Shown piece by piece: positions 7,825-12,840 of a stretch of DNA of 12,840 nt. The notes under the pieces are model-generated. The model saw only the letters and a list, made by a program, of their open reading frames with translations, had not been told where the DNA came from and searched no databases. The stretch lies in contig JBGQEL010000122.1 in assembly GCA_041496385.1 (NCBI GenBank), positions 1-12,840 of the forward strand. The letters run 5' to 3'. Both the position numbers and the translations under genes were made by a program. The stretch's first letter is position 1. Each line of letters begins with the position of its first letter. This DNA comes from Candidatus Methylomirabilia bacterium. GTDB lineage: Bacteria; Methylomirabilota; Methylomirabilia; Rokubacteriales; CSP1-6.

Positions 7825-8457
7825 ATGCGCTACCTGATCGTCGTCGCCCGCAACGAGCCCGCCCTCTACGAGCATCTGCGCAACCGCCACGGCGGCGACG
7901 CGAGCGTCCGCGTGGTGGTCGATCGGCGCGGCGCGGGCGACGCCACGGATGCCCCGCCATCCGCAGAGCGGCGCCGCCGCCGGTCGTGGCTCACCACCGG
8001 CGCGTCGCACGAGCTGGTCGAGCTGGCGCGGGAGCACACGGCTGAGTCCCGGAGTCCGAAACAGTCACCCACGGTTCTCCACGAGGAGGCACCACGGCAG
8101 ATGAGCGAGATCGAGACTCTCGAAGACACGCAGCGGATCACCCGGTGGCTCGCCGAAAGCCAGGATGTGCTCGGCCGCGCGATTCCCGCCCTGATCGAGG
8201 ATCGGGACCGCCTGCGCCAGACGCTCGAGACGAGGGAGCACGAGTGCGACCGGCTCCGCGGCGAGCTGAGCGAGCTGCGGCGTAACTTCAGCGCGCTGCA
8301 GGCCGAGCTCGAGCGCTTGCGCGGCGAGCGCGTGGCGATGGCCGAGGCCTTCGGCGGCGTCGTGGACCTGCTCGGGCAGCTCCAGCGGCCGCTGAGCGAG
8401 ATCGCGCGCCGGCTTCACGGGCCGCAGGCGGTCGAGGTCAACAGCTCCGCCGCCTGA
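7825..8457 (+). CDS. Hypothetical protein, 210 aa: N-terminal small DRR/ERR-motif domain + C-terminal coiled coil
   Basis: SD GGGAGG lies 7 nt before ATG7825, which is preferred over 7729. N-terminus MRYLIVVARNEPALYEHLRNRHGGDASVRVVVDRR...ERRRRR. C-terminal heptads LIEDRDRLRQTLETREHECDRLRGELSELRRNFSALQAELERLRGER. A second SD GAGGAGG (8083-8089) precedes in-frame ATG8101. Confidence 0.78.
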   Translation: MRYLIVVARNEPALYEHLRNRHGGDASVRVVVDRRGAGDATDAPPSAERRRRRSWLTTGASHELVELAREHTAESRSPKQSPTVLHEEAPRQMSEIETLEDTQRITRWLAESQDVLGRAIPALIEDRDRLRQTLETREHECDRLRGELSELRRNFSALQAELERLRGERVAMAEAFGGVVDLLGQLQRPLSEIARRLHGPQAVEVNSSAA

Positions 8458-8477
8458 GATCGCTGCCGGAACGTCGG

Positions 8478-8520
8478 ACGCCCGCCCGGCGCCGAGCCTG
8501 GCGGGCGTTTCGCGTTTCGT
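8478..8520 (+). terminator. Rho-independent terminator between convergent genes
   Basis: Stem ACGCCCGCCCGGC (8478-8490), loop GCCGA, stem GCCTGGCGGGCGT (8496-8508), 12/13 paired. Followed by the interrupted T-rich tail TTCGCGTTTCGT. Confidence 0.7.
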
Positions 8521-8531
8521 CGGTTCGCGCG

Positions 8532-9200
8532 CTAAGCGAGGAGCCCGGCGATGATGCCGGTGAGGAAGACGCCGTCGAACGTTCCGGCGCCGCCGATCGA
8601 GACGACGGGGGCGCCGATCTCGGCGATCCGGCCCAGATTCAGCAGATCGGCGCCGATCAGCGCGCCCATCGAGCCCGACACGTACGCGACGGGCGGAGCC
8701 GTGCGGAAGGCGAGGAGCAGCCCGACCGCGGCCGCCACGATCGGCGGGACGAGCATCGGCACCGCGATGCCCACGCCCGGCACGATGCGCGCCAGACTGT
8801 GCACCACCGCGGCGACGATCGCCGTGCCGATGAGCATGCGCCAGTAGAGACGCGTGCGCGCCAGCAGGTAGATCGACACGAGGATCGGGATCAGCGCGCC
8901 GCCCACGTTCAGCGCCACGACCGTCGCCCCGTGCTCGACCGTCGCCGGCACGACGTACGTCCGGCCGAACATCGACTGCTCGTGCGGGCGCACGAGCCGC
9001 TGCGCGGGCATCGAGTACACGGGAATGTTCACGTGGCTGCCCAGGAGCGAGAGCAGCATGACGGCGAATGCGTAGCGCGGCCGGACGCCGACCTTGCGGT
9101 ACGCGTAGGCCAGGACGCGCATCTCCACCAGGAGGATGAAGACGCCCAGGAGGGCGAGCAGCAGGACCAGCAGCAGGAGCGTGAACGGGGCGTAGATCAT
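8532..9200 (-). CDS. DUF1614-family integral membrane protein, 222 aa
   Basis: Multiple TM helices with recognisable family motifs SLLGSHVNIP, VALNVGGALIP, VPGVGIAVP, LIGADLLNL and C-terminal SIGGAGTFDGVFLTGIIA. Confidence 0.85.
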   Translation of the reverse strand: MIYAPFTLLLLVLLLALLGVFILLVEMRVLAYAYRKVGVRPRYAFAVMLLSLLGSHVNIPVYSMPAQRLVRPHEQSMFGRTYVVPATVEHGATVVALNVGGALIPILVSIYLLARTRLYWRMLIGTAIVAAVVHSLARIVPGVGIAVPMLVPPIVAAAVGLLLAFRTAPPVAYVSGSMGALIGADLLNLGRIAEIGAPVVSIGGAGTFDGVFLTGIIAGLLA

Positions 9201-9222
9201 GGGCGCCAGGCTACTCTAACTG
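9201..9222. promoter_or_regulatory. Bidirectional overlapping -10 elements serving two leaderless divergent genes
   Basis: 22-bp gap. AGGCTACTCT (9208-9217) reads TACTCT on + (5 or 8 nt before ATG9223/9226) and TAGCCT on - (7 nt before ATG9200). No SD on either side. Confidence 0.5.
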
Positions 9223-9732
9223 ATGATGACGCCTCCCGCCGCCTCCGGAACCCAGCTCTCTCCGCGCGCCGGCGTCGTGCTGGGAGGTGTGTTCGTCGCG
9301 ATGGGGCTCCTCGTCATCTGCATCGCCGCCGGCCTCTTCGCGCGCCCCGAGACGCCCGTCGAGGCGCCCCGGTGGGTGGGCGTCTGCGCGGGACTCATGT
9401 TCGCGCTCGTCGGCGTGGCGTGCATCGTCGGCTTCGGCGTGGCCGGCGGTGCCGCGCCCGACGGCAATCTGCCGCCGGACACGCCCTTCGGCGTCCGCCT
9501 GACGCAGTATCTCCTCGGGCTGGCGATCGTGATCCTGCTGGCGGCGATCTTCTCGTGGGTCGCCTTCGGGCCGGGCCCACGGCAATTCGCCATGGTGATA
9601 CCGTTCCTCGGCCGGTCCGTTGCCAGCGAGACGGTCGGGCGCGTCGCCTTCGGCTTTGGCGCGGCGCTCATCTGCACCTTCCTCGTCGCCTTCGGCGTCG
9701 TCGGCCTGCGGCGGCTTCGCAAAGGGAAGTAG
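9223..9732 (+). CDS. Hypothetical membrane protein (~4 TM helices), 169 aa (start may be 9226)
   Basis: Four hydrophobic segments (GVVLGGVFVAMGLLVICIAAGLF; WVGVCAGLMFALVGVACIVGF; YLLGLAIVILLAAIFSWVAFG; VAFGFGAALICTFLVAFGVVGL) and a basic C-terminal tail RRLRKGK. Codon usage matches the host. Confidence 0.75.
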   Translation: MMTPPAASGTQLSPRAGVVLGGVFVAMGLLVICIAAGLFARPETPVEAPRWVGVCAGLMFALVGVACIVGFGVAGGAAPDGNLPPDTPFGVRLTQYLLGLAIVILLAAIFSWVAFGPGPRQFAMVIPFLGRSVASETVGRVAFGFGAALICTFLVAFGVVGLRRLRKGK

Positions 9733-9733
9733 C

Positions 9734-11077
9734 TCATGGAAGGATGACGACGTTGTCCGGAGTGTTCCCCCTCACCGACGTGTTCGTGAGTGTGACGCCG
9801 CCCTCACAGCACGCATAGATACCGCCCCCACTTTGTCCCGCTCTGTTTCGAACTATCGTGCTGTCCTGGACGGTGAGCCTCCCATGACTCGAGATGCCAC
9901 CGCCGTTGCCGCTGGCGCTGTTGCCGGAGAATTTGCTGTTGTACACCGTGAGCGTACCAAACGAGTTGTTGATGCCGGCGCCGTTGCCGGCAACGTTGCC
10001 GAAGAACGCGCTGTCGTAGACGGTGAGTGTGCCGCCCGAATTCAGGATGCCGCCACTCCCCAGTCCGCCATTGCCGGAGAAGGTGCTGTTGTAGACCGTG
10101 AGCAGGTCGGCACTGTAGATACCACCGCCCTTGTTCTCGGAGAACATGCTGTCGCTGACGGTGACAGAGTACGAGTTGTAGATGGCGAAGCCCTCGCTGC
10201 CGGTGAACGTGCTGTGGTTGACGGTCAGCCCGCCATCGTTGGCGATGGCGTCGCCACCTATGGCGTGGTTGCCGGGGAACGTGCTCCTGGAGACGGTGAG
10301 CCTGCCGTTGTTGTAGATGCCGCCACCGAAGCTGGCGCTGTTGCCCGCGAATGTGCTGTTGTGAACGGTGCCCTCGAGAAACACATTGAGGATCCCGCCG
10401 CCGAGGTGGCCGTCGTTGCCGACGAACGTGCTGTTGGAGACGGTGAGCGCGCCCCGGTTGTAGATGGCGCCGCCGCCTTCGCCGTCGGCGTGGTTGCCGG
10501 AAAACGTGCTGCCGTGGACCGTTAGCGCGCCTACGTTGTAGATGGCGCCGCCGCCATGACTTCCGGTGCCGAGGGCGCTATTTTCAGAGAACGCACTGTG
10601 ATAGACGATGAGCGTGCCTTCGTTGAGAATGCCGCCGCCGCCAAACGTGCCGCCATTGCGGGAGAACGTGCTGTTGTAGACCGTGAGCGAGCCACGGTTG
10701 ACGACACCGCCGCCGGCGCCCCGACCGTTGCTCAGGATCAGATTGTGCAAGACGACGGTCGTGCCGCTCTCGACCGAGACAACCGTCGTCGTGGAGCCGC
10801 CATCCAGCGCAATCAACCCGTCCCCATCGATCGTCGTATTGTTCGGGGGTGTCAGGGGCGCGATCAGGGTGATGGTGACAGGACCATGGCCGCACTTGAA
10901 GTGAATCGTGCCGCCTCCGCTCGCCGCCGCCGTGGTCAACGCGTTCGCCAGTGCCGTCTCCGTGCAACTCGCCGCTGTGCCGCTGCCGACAGTGATAGAG
11001 ACGGCAGAGGCCTGTTGCGGCGCCACAAGGACGGTCAGGAGGACTACGATGAGTAGGAGCCGGAGGCGGATCTGCAT
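9734..11077 (-). CDS. Secreted right-handed parallel beta-helix (pectin-lyase fold / Pmp-like GGAI..FxxN repeat) protein, 447 aa
   Basis: Start reassigned to ATG11077, which follows SD AAGGGAG. Signal peptide MQIRLRLLLIVVLLTVLVAPQQASA|V. N-terminal cap VGSGTAASCTETAL..GGGTIHFKCG. About 13 repeats of GG[GA]IxNxGxLTVxxSTFxxN. No C-terminal beta-barrel. Confidence 0.85.
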   Translation of the reverse strand: MQIRLRLLLIVVLLTVLVAPQQASAVSITVGSGTAASCTETALANALTTAAASGGGTIHFKCGHGPVTITLIAPLTPPNNTTIDGDGLIALDGGSTTTVVSVESGTTVVLHNLILSNGRGAGGGVVNRGSLTVYNSTFSRNGGTFGGGGILNEGTLIVYHSAFSENSALGTGSHGGGAIYNVGALTVHGSTFSGNHADGEGGGAIYNRGALTVSNSTFVGNDGHLGGGILNVFLEGTVHNSTFAGNSASFGGGIYNNGRLTVSRSTFPGNHAIGGDAIANDGGLTVNHSTFTGSEGFAIYNSYSVTVSDSMFSENKGGGIYSADLLTVYNSTFSGNGGLGSGGILNSGGTLTVYDSAFFGNVAGNGAGINNSFGTLTVYNSKFSGNSASGNGGGISSHGRLTVQDSTIVRNRAGQSGGGIYACCEGGVTLTNTSVRGNTPDNVVILP

Positions 11078-11162
11078 GACGACACTCCCTTTGCTCTGGA
11101 CGCACCCCGATGTGATCTCGATCGGCACGCCTCGACAGTCGGCACAGCCTCGTGGTGGCGGG

Positions 11163-11191
11163 ACGATATCCCCGGGAGGAGACGAGCGCAA
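11163..11191 (-). promoter_or_regulatory. Sigma70-type promoter for the beta-helix gene
   Basis: Minus strand TTGCGC (11191..11186), 17-bp spacer, TATCGT (11168..11163). Confidence 0.55.
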
Positions 11192-11239
11192 GGGGAAAGC
11201 GGGCATTGCGGTGCCACGGACTGGCGGGGGTCGGGCACG

Positions 11240-11268
11240 TTTGAGGGCACGTGCGGCAATGCTACGAT
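11240..11268 (+). promoter_or_regulatory. Promoter for tRNA-Val
   Basis: TTGAGG (11241-11246), 16-bp spacer, extended -10 TGcTACGAT (11260-11268). The 10-mer TGCTACGATG is identical to the one at 351-360. Confidence 0.55.
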
Positions 11269-11305
11269 GGAGTCACCCCATGTAACTCGTGGACCTTCCG
11301 AGCAC

Positions 11306-11381
11306 GGGCGGCTAGCTCAGCTGGGAGAGCGCAGCCCTTACAAGGCTGAGGTCGCAGGTTCGAGCCCTGCGCCGCCCACCA
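11306..11381 (+). tRNA. tRNA-Val (anticodon TAC), 76 nt with encoded CCA
   Basis: Cloverleaf: acceptor GGGCGGC/GCCGCCC, D-arm GCTC/GAGC, anticodon stem CAGCC/GGCTG with loop CT-TAC-AA (anticodon 11339-11341), T-arm GCAGG-TTCGAGC-CCTGC, discriminator A, then CCA. Confidence 0.98.
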
Positions 11382-11402
11382 CTTCTACCGGAGCCCTCAC
11401 AC

Positions 11403-12653
11403 CTAGGTCCGGCGACCGTCCACGACGAAGCTCCGGTCGAGCTTGGCGAGCGACGTGACGCCGGCGTGCCGCAGCATCAGCTCGAACTCGCGGTCGAGGA
11501 TCTCGAGCACGCGCTCCACGCCGGGCTGGCCGAACGCGGCGAGCCCCCACAGATATGGCCGGCCGATGCAGACCGCCCTTGCGCCGAGCGCGAGCGCCTT
11601 GAAGACGTCGGTGCCGCGCCGGAACCCGCTGTCGACCAGGACGGGAATCCGGCGCTGAACGCCGTCCACGATCTCCGGCAGGCACTCGATCGTGGACCGT
11701 CCGCTCTCCTCGGCGCGTCCGCCGTGGTTCGAGACGATGATACCGTCGACGCCGTGGCGCAGGCAGAGCTCCGCGTCCTCTCGGGTCTCGATGCCCTTCA
11801 GCACCAGCTTCATCCTCGTCGTGTCCTTCAACCGGCGAACGGCGTCCCAGGTGAGCCGCGGGGAGAAGAGCCCCACGCCCGTCACGTCGAGCCCGTCGAA
11901 CATAGGCTTTCTGCGGACGTAGCCCGGAAAGCCGAGCGCATGGCAGCCCGAGCACTGGCGCGAGTCGGTGCGCGCGAACCGCCGCTCGGTCTCCGTGTTC
12001 CGCCCCGCGGGCAGGTCCACGGTGAGCACCAGCACCGGACACCCGGCCGCTTCCGCGCGCTTCACGAGCGCCTGCGCGATCCTCCACGTGTCGGTCGGGT
12101 AGAGCTGGAACCAGATCGGCCCGCCGTGCGCCGCTCTCACGTCCTCGACGGAGGCGGTGGCGCCGGTCGACAGGATCATCAGGTGCCCCTTGGAGCCCGC
12201 GGCCCGCGCGGCGGCGATCTCGCCGTCGGGATGAAAGGCCTTCTGGCTCGCGGCCGGCGCCAGAACGATGGGGCTCTTCCAGGTCGCACCGAACAGCTCC
12301 ACGGACGTGTCGACGCTGGCGACATCCACGAGCCGGCGCGGCCGGATCTGGAACTTGGAGAACCCCGACCGATTCGCCCTGAGCGTCGCATCGTCGTCCA
12401 CCCCGGTGCTCAGGTACCCGAAGTGCGCCGGGGGAAGCTTCTCTCGCGCCGCGGCCTCGAGATCGAACACGTTGATGGCCTCGCCGGGCGAGGTGATGAT
12501 CGAGCCGCGCGGAACCTCGCCCGGGGTCTCCGCCGCCTCGAGCAGGTCTCCGAGCCAGCCCGGTGCTGACAGGGCCAGGAGCGGGCTGCCGGCCAGGAAC
12601 TGCAAGAACCGGCGACGGTACATGGCGTGGTCATCTCGTCGAGGGCGATTCAT
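11403..12653 (-). CDS. FMN-dependent alpha-hydroxy-acid oxidase/dehydrogenase family protein with twin-arginine signal, 416 aa
   Basis: Start reassigned to ATG12653 (SD GGGGAGG 5 nt upstream). Tat motif YRRRFLQFLA. Family motifs TLRAN, RPRRLVDV, PIVLAP, WFQLY, LTVD, LVLKG, IVSNHGGR, DSGFRRGTDVFKALALGA, GRPYLWGL. Extra CSGCH motif at 11940-11954. Confidence 0.92.
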   Translation of the reverse strand: MNRPRRDDHAMYRRRFLQFLAGSPLLALSAPGWLGDLLEAAETPGEVPRGSIITSPGEAINVFDLEAAAREKLPPAHFGYLSTGVDDDATLRANRSGFSKFQIRPRRLVDVASVDTSVELFGATWKSPIVLAPAASQKAFHPDGEIAAARAAGSKGHLMILSTGATASVEDVRAAHGGPIWFQLYPTDTWRIAQALVKRAEAAGCPVLVLTVDLPAGRNTETERRFARTDSRQCSGCHALGFPGYVRRKPMFDGLDVTGVGLFSPRLTWDAVRRLKDTTRMKLVLKGIETREDAELCLRHGVDGIIVSNHGGRAEESGRSTIECLPEIVDGVQRRIPVLVDSGFRRGTDVFKALALGARAVCIGRPYLWGLAAFGQPGVERVLEILDREFELMLRHAGVTSLAKLDRSFVVDGRRT

Positions 12654-12696
12654 GGCGGCCTCCCCGCAGTCCGGGCCGGTCGGGACGAGTGACGCG

Positions 12697-12725
12697 AGAG
12701 TAGGGGAGCGATCGCTGGTGGTCAA
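12697..12725 (-). promoter_or_regulatory. Sigma70-type promoter for the hydroxy-acid oxidase, with a palindrome in the spacer
   Basis: Minus strand TTGACC (12725..12720), 17-bp spacer, TACTCT (12702..12697). The spacer contains the perfect palindrome AGCGATCGCT (12707-12716). Confidence 0.7.
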
Positions 12726-12840
12726 GGGGCTGAAACCGCTCGGAGCTCGATCGCCACCGTTCGGGTCCCGTTTTCGGCCGCTCGTCCGATTCTCCACACG
12801 GGATTCCGCGCGGCGGCTAGTCTGGCGTCAGATTCGATCC

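Noticed and set aside
9760..10710. Recurrent DNA repeats such as GAACGTGCTGTTGTAGACCGTGAG, resembling a CRISPR-like periodic array
   Set aside because: They are degenerate at synonymous positions and in frame with the beta-helix protein repeats. There are no identical repeats with unique spacers and no cas genes.
11202..11216. Sigma54-like TGGCAC...ATGC on the minus strand
   Set aside because: The GG-to-GC spacing is 9 nt rather than the required 10.
11306..11381. tRNA as attachment site of a genomic island
   Set aside because: No integrase and no duplicated tRNA 3' end is visible within the window.
11267..11458. 63-aa ORF over the tRNA
   Set aside because: It is a spurious translation of the tRNA gene.
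12817..12840. Possible last codons (GSNLTPD*) of an upstream minus-strand gene, or a TTCGATCC T-loop-like fragment at the edge
   Set aside because: Too short to support either call without flanking sequence.

Overview
This is a very GC-rich bacterial chromosomal window with no integrase, transposase or CRISPR array. The gene style tentatively suggests a Rokubacteria/Methylomirabilota-like soil lineage, which is inference only. The left edge holds a partial minus-strand HAD hydrolase that the ORF track misses. Divergent from it is a plus-strand operon chained by three 4-nt stop/start overlaps: exported TPR protein (463 aa), exported TPR protein (1000 aa), tungsten-type aldehyde:ferredoxin oxidoreductase (AOR/WOR family, 606 aa) and a small lipoprotein. 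A REC-PilZ-Sel1 response regulator follows 9 nt later. Next come a separately promoted gene with a structured ~140-nt leader (DRR/ERR domain plus coiled coil, with an internal RBS), a terminator, a DUF1614 membrane protein and a divergent 4-TM protein. The right end holds a lower-GC secreted beta-helix repeat protein, tRNA-Val(TAC), and a Tat-signal FMN alpha-hydroxy-acid oxidase carrying a CxxCH motif in its lid loop. The best leads are the Tat/CxxCH flavoenzyme, the TPR-TPR-AOR-lipoprotein operon, and a putative c-di-GMP module with a candidate cis-regulatory RNA.
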